From: Dehalococcoidia bacterium
Lineage (GTDB): Bacteria > Chloroflexota > Dehalococcoidia > Lucifugimonadales > JAGWBF01
DNA length: 64,000 nucleotides
Direction of reading: 5' to 3'
NCBI GenBank assembly: GCA_965247055.1
Contig: CBDFGE010000003.1
Location: forward strand, 72,868 to 136,867
Positions 1-9,723 of the stretch are shown here, piece by piece. Each line of letters starts with the position of its first letter. The stretch's first letter is position 1. Below the pieces are notes generated by a model. It saw nothing but the letters and a program-made list of their open reading frames with translations. It searched no databases and was not told where the DNA came from. The position numbers and the translations under genes are program-made.

Positions 1-562
1 AGGGGGATACGGTCACGTCGATGACCATCGCCCCCGCCACCACCCTGAGGAGGTACCCAGCACTGACCGCCATGACGTCCAGGATGATCACCCTCTTGAG
101 GAAAGAGGAGTAGGCGAGGTTCATGACCACGAAGGTGGCGCTCACGATACCAAAGCCCGTATCCATCAGGAAACTGCCCGCCAGGGACGCCACCATCAGC
201 GCCCCCGCGATGGCCTGGGCTGCTGCCTGAGGCATCTCCCCCGAGGCGATGGGCCGGTTCCGCTTGCGGGGGTGCTCCCTGTCCCCCTGCCGGTCGAGGA
301 GGTCGTTGAAAATGTAGACGGCCCCAGATAGGGCGCAGAAAATGACGGCGGCGACCAGGGTCCGGAGAAATAGCTCGCCCAGGACGTGGGTATCATCCGT
401 GGACCAGCGCTCGTTCACCGAGAAGGCAAGGGGCAGGAACACCAGCAGGCCTTTCGTCCACTGCACCGGGCGCATGGATACGACGGCGGCTCTGGCGAGT
501 CCCATGGCGCCAGCGCGGGGCACTACCGCGCCCGAGTCGGCCAGATGGTCTTTACCTGCCAT
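1..562 (-). CDS. UbiA-family prenyltransferase (decaprenyl-phosphate phosphoribosyltransferase-like); 3' end runs off the window
   Basis: Own translation of the minus strand from ATG at 560-562: MAGKDHLADSG...VYIFNDLLDRQGDREHPRKRNRPIASGEM... It has the UbiA NDxxDxxxD motif and several hydrophobic helices. It is absent from the ORF track because there is no stop inside the window. Confidence 0.7.
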   Translation of the reverse strand, partial: MAGKDHLADSGAVVPRAGAMGLARAAVVSMRPVQWTKGLLVFLPLAFSVNERWSTDDTHVLGELFLRTLVAAVIFCALSGAVYIFNDLLDRQGDREHPRKRNRPIASGEMPQAAAQAIAGALMVASLAGSFLMDTGFGIVSATFVVMNLAYSSFLKRVIILDVMAVSAGYLLRVVAGAMVIDVTVSP

Positions 563-577
563 ATACCTTCCTTCACC

Positions 578-1576
578 CTAGCTTACCTGCCCGGGAGTAT
601 CCGGGTAAAGGGTGATGGGGGCGATCTCCTGGGCGGGCTTTCTCGGCATGTACACCTGCACGTAGACCAGGGCCACCAGGCCAATCGCCACGGCGAACCA
701 CAGGGTGCACACCCTGATTATGAAGGTGGCCGTGGAGGCCAGCGGCCTGGACAGGCCGATCTGCCGGAGCAGGGCCACCATACCCCCCTCGGTGCCGATT
801 AGGCCGCCGGGGAGCATGGTAGCGGCGCCCAGCAGGGTTGCCGCGGCGTAGATCGACACAGCCTCTCCCAGGGATCCGTCGGCGTCCAGGCCCCGGAGGA
901 CCACCCACAAGGCACAGCCCTCGGCGAACCAGGCCAGTACCGCCAGCAAGAGGGCGAGAGCCAGGGGCCTGATGGACAGGACCTGCCGAAATGAGTCTCT
1001 GGACGTGCTCACGAAGGGCCTCCAGCGCCCGGGGATGGGTAGTCGATGCACCATCCCGCTTCCCCAGGGTGACATCGCAAACGCGATGAGAAGGCCGATG
1101 GCTGCCAGCACTGCCAGCGCGGCAGCCCAGCCATAGGGCACCAGGGTCAACCCCCACAGGCTCAGCAGCAGCACGCCCATAACGTCGGTAACGCGCTCCG
1201 CCACCACGGCGGCGGCGGAGCGGGCAAGGGGCACTCCCCGTTTCTCACTGAGATAATAGGCCTTGGCCAGCTCCCCTACCCGGCCGGGACTTATCGCCAT
1301 GCTCAGGCCGGAGAAGAAGATAATAGCGCTTGCCCGGAACCCGATGTCGATGTCCAGCACTCGGAGATAGTAGTGCCATCTGGCCAGCCGGAAAAGGTAG
1401 TTGGCCAAGGCCAACCCCATGACACCGAACCAATAGGCGACAGGGAAAGAGGAGACCTGGCTGAGAAGCTCGGGCAGGTCTCCGTACAGCGCCAGGCCGG
1501 CGAAGACCGCTATCGACAGAAACAGGAAAGTTATCAGGCCCCGGCGCTTCATTCCTCGACCATGTAAAGACGTCAC
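578..1576 (-). CDS. Flippase-like / lysylphosphatidylglycerol-synthase TM-region family membrane protein (UPF0104-like)
   Basis: 332-aa polytopic ORF. The motif ...FFSGLSMAISPGRVGELAKAYYL... is typical of this family. Its stop lies 16 nt before the start of the UbiA gene, so the two are probably an operon. Confidence 0.65.
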   Translation of the reverse strand: MTSLHGRGMKRRGLITFLFLSIAVFAGLALYGDLPELLSQVSSFPVAYWFGVMGLALANYLFRLARWHYYLRVLDIDIGFRASAIIFFSGLSMAISPGRVGELAKAYYLSEKRGVPLARSAAAVVAERVTDVMGVLLLSLWGLTLVPYGWAAALAVLAAIGLLIAFAMSPWGSGMVHRLPIPGRWRPFVSTSRDSFRQVLSIRPLALALLLAVLAWFAEGCALWVVLRGLDADGSLGEAVSIYAAATLLGAATMLPGGLIGTEGGMVALLRQIGLSRPLASTATFIIRVCTLWFAVAIGLVALVYVQVYMPRKPAQEIAPITLYPDTPGQVS

Positions 1577-1647
1577 GGCTGGGCCACATAGGACCTATTG
1601 ACTATGGTGAGCCCTGGCTGCCCCCAGTGTCAAGTGCCGCTCCTCTC

Positions 1648-2540
1648 TTAGAGCGCGAGCTGAAGCTGGCGTGGCCCTAGCGCAGGTTCTCCGGCTGGGC
1701 TGCGCTCGTTGAGCCCGTAGTGGCGCCTCAGGACCGCCACCTGGCCCTGAATGTCCTCCTTCAGACGGCGGGGTGCGAAGGCGCCGGGATAGGTGTTCCG
1801 GTAGGCGGGCACCAGCGACGGGTACTCACGGGTGAGGAACTCCAGGAAGTGGTGCTTGGTGCCCTCCTTGAGGTAGAGGACGTTGGCGCTCAGGAACCTG
1901 GCACCGTGTTGGGCGGCGGCCCGGACAAGGCCGGCCAGGCCGGCTGGGTCGTCGGTGATGCCGGGGACGACCGGTGCGAGGATCACCCCCGCGTTGACTC
2001 CCTTCTGTACCAACCTCTCCATGGCGAGGAGACGCTTCTCCGGTGGCGGCGTGCCCGGCTCCAAGCGCTGCCGCAGGTCTCTGTCCATGGTGGTTATGCT
2101 GAAGCACACGGTGCAGCCACCGTTGCGGGACAGGTCCGCCAACAGGTCCAGGTCCCTCACCACCATGGTGCCTTTGGTAACCAGGCTTATGGGAACCCGT
2201 TTCAGACGGAACACCTCGAGGCACTTCCTGGTCAGGCGAAATTTCCCTTCGATGGGCTGGTAAGGGTCGGTGGCGGTGCCCATGGCCACCAGCTCACGCC
2301 TCCAGGAAGGCCGACATAGCTCGTTGTAGAGGACCTCGTGGACGTTGACCTTCACCATTATCACACGGGAAAATCCTCCCCCGGGTCCAGATCGTGGAAA
2401 GAGTGATAGCGTCTGGCAAAGCAGTAGTGGCATCCATGGACGCAACCCTGGTACGGGTTCAGGGACCACTTGAAGTCCATACCACGGACCCGGTTCAGAG
2501 CGCCGGCGGTCCGTATCTCCTGGTAGCTGGGGTTCGCCAT
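1648..2540 (-). pseudogene. Radical SAM protein (SplB/COG1533-like, Rv2578c-type) split by a 1-nt frameshift
   Basis: The N-terminal part MANPSYQ...YQGCVHGCHYCFARRYHSFHDLDPGEDFPV* (CX3CX2C cluster motif) is in one frame. It continues as ...SRVIMVKVNVHEV...TDPYQPIEG... in the frame of ORF 1648..2568. The switch lies in the A4/C5 homopolymer stretch around 2361-2385. Confidence 0.75.
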
Positions 2541-2785
2541 GCTCGTCTCTCCCGGTCTGTTTCCACATCCTCTGAATGAGTTCAGCACAGGTGTTCTCAC
2601 GATGAGAACACAGGTCGTGAGGTGCGTCAAGGGAGCGATGTCACCGGCGTCCAGTTTCCCAGGGACTTCCCCCTTGTGCCCTTGGCGATGGGCGGCGCTA
2701 TTGACCCGAAACCGGGGGCGCACTATTCTACAGTAGGCCCCGCTCCCGACGCGAAGCAGCGGGACTGAGGGGAAGGGGGCATCCG

Positions 2786-4873
2786 ATGGCGGGCTTCAGG
2801 CTGGGAATCGACGTAGGGGGCACCTTTACCGACATCGTCCTGCTGGGCGATGATGGCAAGCTGCTGACGAGAAAGGTCTCCTCCTCACCGGACGATTACA
2901 GCCGCGCCATCATGCAGGGCGTACGGGGGCTGATAGAAGAGGCAGGGCTGGATCCGGGCACTATCACCGAAGTGGGCCACGGCACCACCGTCGCCACCAA
3001 CACCATCATCGAGCGCAAGGGGCCCAGAGTCGCCCTGATCACCACCAGGGGCTTCCGCGACGTGCTGGAGCTGGGTCGCTACCGGCTGCCCAGGCTCTAC
3101 GACCTGACCTGGCGCAAGCCCGACCCTCTGGTGGAGCGGAGGTACCGTTACGAGGTGCCGGAGCGGCTGAGCCACACCGGGGAGGAGATTCTGCCTCTGG
3201 ATGAGGAGGCGGTGGAGCAGGTGTGCCAGTCCATCGTGGCCGCAGGCATGGAATCGGTCGCCATCTGCCTCCTCCACTCCTACGCCGATCCCGCCCACGA
3301 GCGGGCCATAGTACGGCGCCTGGAGGCCCGGGCTCCCCAGATGTGCATCTGTGCCTCTTCGGACGTCCTGCCCCAGATGCAGGAGTACGAGCGGACCAGC
3401 ACGGTGGTCATCAACGCCTACATCCGTCCCGTCCTGGAGCGATACGTCCGGGCGCTGCAGCAGGAGCTGGCCCACATGGGCATCACGGCGCCGCTGCTCA
3501 TCATGCAGTCCAACGGCGGCACCATGCCCGCGGAGGCCGCCTGCCAGACCCCCATCCACATCATCGAGTCGGGGCCCGCCGCCGGGGTCATCGGGGCTCT
3601 CCGGGTCTCGGAGAAAATGGACCTCAGCGACATCATCAGCTTCGACATGGGTGGCACGACTGCGAAGGTGTGCATTGTCGAGGACGGACAGGTGACTCTA
3701 GCCCCGGAGTACGAGGTGGGCGGAGACATGAGCGCGGGCCACCGTCTGCTGAGGGGGGCGGGATATGTGGTGCGGGTCCCCACCATCGATATCGCCGAGG
3801 TCGGTGCCGGCGGAGGCAGCGTGGCATGGGTGGACCGAGGAGGAGCATTACAGATCGGTCCCCGCAGCGCCGGAGCGGTGCCGGGCCCCATCTGCTATGG
3901 CCTGGGCGGTACCGAGCCCACGGTCACCGACGCCAACGTGGTGCTCGGCTACCTGAACCAGAATCACCTGCTGTCAGGGCGGCTGGAGATAGACGCCCAG
4001 AAGGCGGAGGAAGCCATTGGCCGGCTGGGAGAGCGGCTGGGGCTGTCGACTGCCGCCGCGGCCCACGGGATCCACGTCATCGTGAACTCCGGCATGATCC
4101 GGGCCCTCCGCAGCGTCTCCACCGAGCGGGGGAGGGACCCCCGGCGCTTCGTGCTCTTCGCCTTCGGGGGCAGTGGGCCAGTACACGCTGCTGGGATGGC
4201 CCGGTCGCTGGGAATGTCCAGGGTGGTGGTCCCCCCTCTTGCGGGGCTATTCAGCTCCCTTGGGCTCCTCTTCGCCGACGTCGAGCACCACCTGGTTCGA
4301 GCCTTTTTCCGGCGGATGGATGAAGTGGACCTTCAAGAGACCAACCGCCAGATAGCGGCCCTGCGAGATCAGGCACGCGCCACTCTCCAGGGCGAGGGGT
4401 ACGAAGATGGGCAGCAGCAACTGAGCGTCTACGCCGACGTCCAGTACGTGGGCCAGAACACCGCCCTGACCGTTCCCATGGGTGAGTGGCCGGCCTCCCG
4501 GGACACCCTGGCCGCCCTCGGGGAGGAGTTCGCCCGGGAGCACGAGCGGACCTACGGCTATCGCTCCGACGGTGAGGCCCTCCAGCTTGTGTCCCTGAAG
4601 GTAGTGGGGAGGGGAGTTTCCGCCTCGCCACGCCTCCCCCACCGCTTGAACACCGGAGCTAACAGCAAGGATAGCCAGGAGGACCGGAGGGTGTATTTCG
4701 GGGCCAGGGATGGATGGGTGTCGACGCCCGTCGTCCCGAGGGCATCTCTGGCGGGCGGGGTGGTGGAGGGGCCCTTTATCGTTGAGGAGTACGACTCCAC
4801 CACGGTGGTACCCCCGGGCTGCCGGGTCTGGTTGGACGAGTGGACTAACATAATCATGGAGGTATCGCCCTGA
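2786..4873 (+). CDS. Hydantoinase/oxoprolinase family protein, A subunit type
   Basis: 695-aa ORF. The N-terminus MAGFRLGIDVGGTFTDIVLL is the characteristic hydantoinase A ATPase fold start. Confidence 0.9.
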   Translation: MAGFRLGIDVGGTFTDIVLLGDDGKLLTRKVSSSPDDYSRAIMQGVRGLIEEAGLDPGTITEVGHGTTVATNTIIERKGPRVALITTRGFRDVLELGRYRLPRLYDLTWRKPDPLVERRYRYEVPERLSHTGEEILPLDEEAVEQVCQSIVAAGMESVAICLLHSYADPAHERAIVRRLEARAPQMCICASSDVLPQMQEYERTSTVVINAYIRPVLERYVRALQQELAHMGITAPLLIMQSNGGTMPAEAACQTPIHIIESGPAAGVIGALRVSEKMDLSDIISFDMGGTTAKVCIVEDGQVTLAPEYEVGGDMSAGHRLLRGAGYVVRVPTIDIAEVGAGGGSVAWVDRGGALQIGPRSAGAVPGPICYGLGGTEPTVTDANVVLGYLNQNHLLSGRLEIDAQKAEEAIGRLGERLGLSTAAAAHGIHVIVNSGMIRALRSVSTERGRDPRRFVLFAFGGSGPVHAAGMARSLGMSRVVVPPLAGLFSSLGLLFADVEHHLVRAFFRRMDEVDLQETNRQIAALRDQARATLQGEGYEDGQQQLSVYADVQYVGQNTALTVPMGEWPASRDTLAALGEEFAREHERTYGYRSDGEALQLVSLKVVGRGVSASPRLPHRLNTGANSKDSQEDRRVYFGARDGWVSTPVVPRASLAGGVVEGPFIVEEYDSTTVVPPGCRVWLDEWTNIIMEVSP

Positions 4874-4895
4874 CTGGGAGCGTAAAGGAGGCGGT

Positions 4896-6611
4896 ATGCA
4901 GCGAGACCCCATAGCCCAGGAGCTGGTAAAACATGCCCTGGCCACCATCGCCGACAATATGGTGGTCACGGTGGTGCGCACGGCCAGGTCCCAGGTGGTA
5001 AAGCAGTCCATGGACTTCTCCACCGCTATCTGCGATACAAGGGGGCAGATGGTGAGCCAGGGCCTGTCCTTGCCTGTCCACCTGGGCGCCATCATGCCGG
5101 CCCTCGAGGGGGTGCTGAAGGTCTACAGGGACGACGTCCAGCCCGGCGACATATTTATCAACAACGACCCCTACGAGGGTGCCAGCCACCTCCCCGACAT
5201 CTTCCTGTTCAAGCCCGTTTTCGCGGGGGATGCCCTGCTGGGCTATCTGGCGGTCATCGCCCACCACACGGATATAGGGGGGCGGGTCGCCGGCGGCAAC
5301 GCCTGTGACAACACGGAGATATACCAGGAGGGACTGCGCATTCCACCCCTGAAGCTGTTCGAGAGGGGCGTGCAGAACCAGACCCTCTTTCGACTCATCC
5401 AGCAGAACGTCCGGGTGCCCGACAAGGTCCTGGGAGACCTCTGGGCCCAGCTTGCGGCAGTTTACGCGGCAGACAGGGAGCTGCTCAAGCTGGCTCAAGA
5501 ACACGGCGTGGAAGAGCTCCAGGGCTACATGCAGGAGCTTATAGAGTACACGGAGCGCCTTACCCGCGCCGAGATCGCCTCCCTACCCCAAGGCGAGGCG
5601 GAGTTCACCGATTATATCGACGATGATGGCATCGACCCGGGGCCAATACGGATCCACGTGAGGCTGAAGGTGGAGGGAGACGAGGTCCACGCCGACTTCA
5701 CCGGTACCTCCCCCCAGAGCAAGGGCTCCATCAACCCCAACTTTGCCTTTACCCAGTCTTGCGTTTACGCGGCGGTCCGATGCCTGCTCAGTCCCGAGCT
5801 TCCCAACAACGCGGGGTACTTCAGGCCCATCAAGGTGCATGCGCCAAAGGGCAGCTTCGTAAACCCGGTACACCCGGCCCCAGTGGCGGCCCGAGGTCTG
5901 GGTGGACTGCGGGTGATGCAGGCGGTGTTCGGAGCGCTGGCCCAGCTCAACCCCGACCGGGTGCCCGCCTGCTGGGGCGGCGGCGAGCTGGGCATAAGCA
6001 TTGCCGGCTACTACGAGGACCACAAACCCTTCGTCTTCCTGGAGTTCCACAATGTCACCGGCACTGGTGGAGGACCAGATGGGGACGGAGTCGATGGTGG
6101 CCCCGTGCCCGTCCTGAACCTGGCCAACACACCCATCGAGCTCATGGAGGCGGAGCAGCCGTTCCTGGTGGAGGCGTACTCCCTCCTTCCCGACACCGGG
6201 GGGGCGGGCCGGTACCGCGGCTCCCTGGGCGTGGCCCGCCAGTACCGGATCCTTGCCGACCGGGCCACGGTGCAGGTGCGCTCCGACCGGCGGCGTTATC
6301 AGCCTTACGGCTTGGCCGGGGGCGGGCCTGGGGCCTCCTGCAACATATACCTCAACCCCGGCTCCGACGTTGAGCTGATGCCCTCCAAATGGCTCCGCGA
6401 GCTGAAGAGAGGGGACGTGGTGAGGGCGGAGCTGGCTGGAGGAGGAGCCTACGGTGACTCCCTGGAGCGGGACCCTGAGGCGGTCGCCCGGGACGCCCTG
6501 CAGGGGAAGGTGAGCCTCGACCACGCGAGACGGGAGTACGGCGTGGCGCTGGATCCCCGAACTATGGCGGTAGACCGGGAGGAGACGGCGCGGCTCCGCT
6601 CCGGCCGGTGA
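4896..6611 (+). CDS. Hydantoinase B/oxoprolinase family protein
   Basis: 571-aa ORF immediately downstream of the A subunit. The motifs ...DFSTAICDTRGQMVSQG... and ...NDPYEGASHLPD... are typical of HyuB-type proteins. Confidence 0.9.
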   Translation: MQRDPIAQELVKHALATIADNMVVTVVRTARSQVVKQSMDFSTAICDTRGQMVSQGLSLPVHLGAIMPALEGVLKVYRDDVQPGDIFINNDPYEGASHLPDIFLFKPVFAGDALLGYLAVIAHHTDIGGRVAGGNACDNTEIYQEGLRIPPLKLFERGVQNQTLFRLIQQNVRVPDKVLGDLWAQLAAVYAADRELLKLAQEHGVEELQGYMQELIEYTERLTRAEIASLPQGEAEFTDYIDDDGIDPGPIRIHVRLKVEGDEVHADFTGTSPQSKGSINPNFAFTQSCVYAAVRCLLSPELPNNAGYFRPIKVHAPKGSFVNPVHPAPVAARGLGGLRVMQAVFGALAQLNPDRVPACWGGGELGISIAGYYEDHKPFVFLEFHNVTGTGGGPDGDGVDGGPVPVLNLANTPIELMEAEQPFLVEAYSLLPDTGGAGRYRGSLGVARQYRILADRATVQVRSDRRRYQPYGLAGGGPGASCNIYLNPGSDVELMPSKWLRELKRGDVVRAELAGGGAYGDSLERDPEAVARDALQGKVSLDHARREYGVALDPRTMAVDREETARLRSGR

Positions 6612-6620
6612 GGTGTTGAT

Positions 6621-6983
6621 GTGATCCTTCGACTTTACACCGGGGAGGACGGCCAGTCCCACTTCGAGAAGATGAACATGCCGGCGGGGGCGGTGGAGGA
6701 GGTGGCCCTGGCACCCGGGGCCGACTTGATGTTTCTCCGCACCCCCGACGGACACTTCCGCGACTGGCACAACGCGCCCCGTCGCCGGTACGTCATCCTG
6801 CTCTCCGGCCAGATGGAGGTGGGTATTGGCGACGGGACGGTGCTGACCCTCTTCCCCGGTGACGTGGTACTGTCGGAGGACCTAACTGGCCAGGGCCACA
6901 CCATACGCTGCGTCAACGGCCCCCGTGTCACCCTCACGGCGTACTTGCCGGACGCCGACCCTGGCACAGCGGCCGGCGGTTAG
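6621..6983 (+). CDS. Small cupin-like protein
   Basis: 120-aa ORF with a GTG start 10 nt after the hydantoinase B stop. It is beta-rich, with ...WHNAPRRRYVILLSGQMEVGIGDG...FPGDVV... resembling a cupin barrel. Confidence 0.5.
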   Translation: MILRLYTGEDGQSHFEKMNMPAGAVEEVALAPGADLMFLRTPDGHFRDWHNAPRRRYVILLSGQMEVGIGDGTVLTLFPGDVVLSEDLTGQGHTIRCVNGPRVTLTAYLPDADPGTAAGG

Positions 6984-7033
6984 CGGCACCAGAGCGGCGC
7001 GCCGGAGACGGCGGGTCTCCGGCCCCAGGGGGA

Positions 7034-8455
7034 TCAGGCTTCGGGGGCGCGCATCGTGTGCCACGGAGTGGCCTGCTCGTAGGAGTAGGCCGCCCTCAAC
7101 AAGGTCTCCTCGCCGAAGGGCCTGGCCCCAATCTGCATCCCGATGGGCAGTCTGTCGCAGCTGAAGCCGCAGGGGATGGAGGCCGCGGGCATGGCCGCCA
7201 GGGCATAGCAACCCGTATACGACCTCCGGAAGAAAAAGCGGGTCCTTACCTCATCGGCGCTCGCGAAGGGAGCCGTCAGGGCGGTGTGTTTTGGCGGCGG
7301 GTAAGGCGAGTTGGCCGAGACCAGCACGTCCACCCCCCGGAGGGCTTCCAGCATCTGCTTCCGGAGGAGACTCCGGGCTTTCATGGCGCGATTGTAGACC
7401 TTGTTGGGGACCAGCGCCGCGGACTGGAGCCGGGTCCGGGAGGCCGGGTCCAGGTCCATGGGCTGGTTGCGCAGGATGTCGTCCCGTGCGCCGGCCCCCT
7501 CGGTGTCGGCGATTCCCACGAATATGGCCCCCGCAAGGGAGATGAGGGGGATGGACACCTCCCGGACCTCCGCGCCAAGCTCGCGGAACACCTCCAGGGC
7601 GGCGTCGATCGCTGCCTTCACCTTGGGGTGCAGGTCGCTGTGCTCGTGCAGCTCGCGGATAACCCCGATGCGGAGTCCTCGGACGCCGTCTCGCAAATGG
7701 GCCGTGTAGTCGGGCACGGGTTTCCGGCTGGTGTAGAGGTCCCTGGGGTCGTATCCGGCGATGGCACCCAGCACCAGGGCGCAGTCCTCCACCGTCTTGG
7801 TCATGGGGGCGGCGGCGTCCATGAACCAGCACATGGGCGTCATCCCGTACCGGCTGACCCTGGTAAAGGTCGGACGCAGGCCCACCGCGCTACAGTAGGA
7901 GCCCGGGTTGCGGCCCGACCCGCCCGTGTCCTCGCCCACAGAAGCGGCGCACAGGTGGGCGGCCAGCGCGACCCCGGAGCCGCTGCTGGACTCCCCCGGG
8001 GTGCGCTCCAGGTCCCAGGGGTTCCTTGGTATGCCCCAGGGCGGGTTCTGGGTGCCCCCCATGGCAAGCTCGCTGAGGTTGAGCTTGCCCAGAAGGATGG
8101 CGCCGGCCCTCTTGATATTCGTGATAACCGTGGCGTCCTCGTCCGGGACGAAGTCCTTGTAAACGCGAGAGCCGTTGGTGGTCAAGATGCCCTTGGTCCG
8201 GAACTGGTCCTTGACCGCCACGGGTACACCGAACAAGGGACCCGGCTCCCCACCTCCGGCGAGGACCTTCTCCGCCTGGCGAGCCTCGGTGAGGGCCTCA
8301 TCCCGGCACACGGTGATGTATGCGTGCAGCCTGGAGTCCATCGCGTCTATGCGCTCCAGATAGGACTGGACCACTTCTACCGGCGAAACCTGTTTCGCTA
8401 AGATGGCCCTGGTGGTTTCCGCAGCGGAGAGGAAGAGTAGATCCTGGCTGGCCAT
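7034..8455 (-). CDS. Amidase-signature family amidase (GatA-like)
   Basis: 473-aa ORF with the Gly/Ser-rich amidase signature region ...GESSSGSGVALAAHLCAASVGEDTGGSGRNP... Confidence 0.9.
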   Translation of the reverse strand: MASQDLLFLSAAETTRAILAKQVSPVEVVQSYLERIDAMDSRLHAYITVCRDEALTEARQAEKVLAGGGEPGPLFGVPVAVKDQFRTKGILTTNGSRVYKDFVPDEDATVITNIKRAGAILLGKLNLSELAMGGTQNPPWGIPRNPWDLERTPGESSSGSGVALAAHLCAASVGEDTGGSGRNPGSYCSAVGLRPTFTRVSRYGMTPMCWFMDAAAPMTKTVEDCALVLGAIAGYDPRDLYTSRKPVPDYTAHLRDGVRGLRIGVIRELHEHSDLHPKVKAAIDAALEVFRELGAEVREVSIPLISLAGAIFVGIADTEGAGARDDILRNQPMDLDPASRTRLQSAALVPNKVYNRAMKARSLLRKQMLEALRGVDVLVSANSPYPPPKHTALTAPFASADEVRTRFFFRRSYTGCYALAAMPAASIPCGFSCDRLPIGMQIGARPFGEETLLRAAYSYEQATPWHTMRAPEA

Positions 8456-8456
8456 C

Positions 8457-8687
8457 CTATGCCTCCTCCTCCGGAAATATCACCTCGGGCTCTACGCCAA
8501 CCAGGTCTAGCTCCTTGAGACGCTCCAGCTCCTCGACCAGGCTATGGAAACGGTTGGCCACCTCGGATACCTCCTCTTCCGCTATCGTGATGCCCACCAG
8601 CCGGGCAAGCTCGCGGACCCGTCCTTCCTTGGACAGCGCCATGTCCACCTCCACTTCCTGGGATAGCTCAGTAACCTGACTCGGCAC
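8457..8687 (-). CDS. GatC-like small protein, putative amidase partner
   Basis: 76-aa acidic ORF (...LARLVGITIAEEEVSEVANRFHSLVEELERLKELDLVGVEPE...) resembling Asp/Glu-tRNA amidotransferase subunit C. Its stop lies 1 nt before the amidase ATG, and its GTG start abuts the stop of the LLM gene. Confidence 0.6.
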   Translation of the reverse strand: MPSQVTELSQEVEVDMALSKEGRVRELARLVGITIAEEEVSEVANRFHSLVEELERLKELDLVGVEPEVIFPEEEA

Positions 8688-9683
8688 CTATCGGGGGGCA
8701 CAGGCCCGGATCACCTCCATGGCCCCTGCCTTGCCGTCTCCCCCGGCCCACCGAGGGGAGATGATGGGGAGGGTGATCCCCGCCTCCCGATACTGGTGTA
8801 TCCTTTCTCGGCACTCCTCGGCCGTGCCCGCTACGGCGACCTTATCTATGAGGCCATCGGGCACCAGACGCAGGGCCCGGCCCTCATCCCCTTCCTCCCA
8901 GGCCCTGCGCACCGCCTCCACCTCCTCGACGAAGCCGGCTTCCGCCATCATCCTGCGGTACCTGGGGAACCGTACGGCGGTGCGGACCATGTAAGCCCGC
9001 ATAGCGTCCCGGGCTTGGGCCCTGGTGGGCGCCACGGCACAGGCAAGGAGGGTGGCCACCTCCACGTCCTTGGGGTCCCTCCCCGCTCGCCGTGCCCCGA
9101 TGGCGACGTTCTCGGCGGCGCTCCGCGCCAGCTCCAGGGTGCAGGTCGTAAGGATGGTGCCCTGGGCGATCTCGCCGCAGACCTGAAGCATGGCCGGGCG
9201 CACCCCAGCCACGTAGATGGGGATCTCCCGTCTCAGAGGCTCGAACCACAGGTCGAAGCTCTCGATGTTGAAGACCCGGCCCCTGTAGGAGACGCTGCCA
9301 TCGCGCAGCAACGCCCGGACGATATCGACGCACTCCCTCAGGCGCTGTACCGGCTGGGAGAAGGTCAGGCCATGTTCCGGCTCGACCTGCACCTTGTGGC
9401 TCGAGCCCAGCCCCAGGATGCAGCGTCCGTGGGAGAAGTGGTCCACGGACGCGGCGGCCATGGCAATGGTGGGGGCACTTCGAACAAAGACGCTGGTAAT
9501 GCTGGTACCCAGGAGAATCCTGCCGGTGGCCACGGTGCAGGCGGTCAATATCGAGAACTGGTCGCCTCCGTGACCCTCGGCGACCCAGGCCGACTCATAG
9601 CCCAGCTCGTCGGCGAGGCGAACGCAGTCGACCACGTCCGTGGGGGACATGCCTCCGCCGAATCCTATGCCGAGGCGTTCCAT
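8688..9683 (-). CDS. LLM-class (luciferase-like) flavin/F420-dependent oxidoreductase
   Basis: 331-aa ORF with ...LGYESAWVAEGHGGDQFSILTA... and ...ILGLGSSHKV... typical of luciferase-like monooxygenases. Confidence 0.85.
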   Translation of the reverse strand: MERLGIGFGGGMSPTDVVDCVRLADELGYESAWVAEGHGGDQFSILTACTVATGRILLGTSITSVFVRSAPTIAMAAASVDHFSHGRCILGLGSSHKVQVEPEHGLTFSQPVQRLRECVDIVRALLRDGSVSYRGRVFNIESFDLWFEPLRREIPIYVAGVRPAMLQVCGEIAQGTILTTCTLELARSAAENVAIGARRAGRDPKDVEVATLLACAVAPTRAQARDAMRAYMVRTAVRFPRYRRMMAEAGFVEEVEAVRRAWEEGDEGRALRLVPDGLIDKVAVAGTAEECRERIHQYREAGITLPIISPRWAGGDGKAGAMEVIRACAPR

Positions 9684-9723
9684 GACCGTGACCTCCTTAG
9701 AAACGCGGGCCGGTGGCAGGGTC

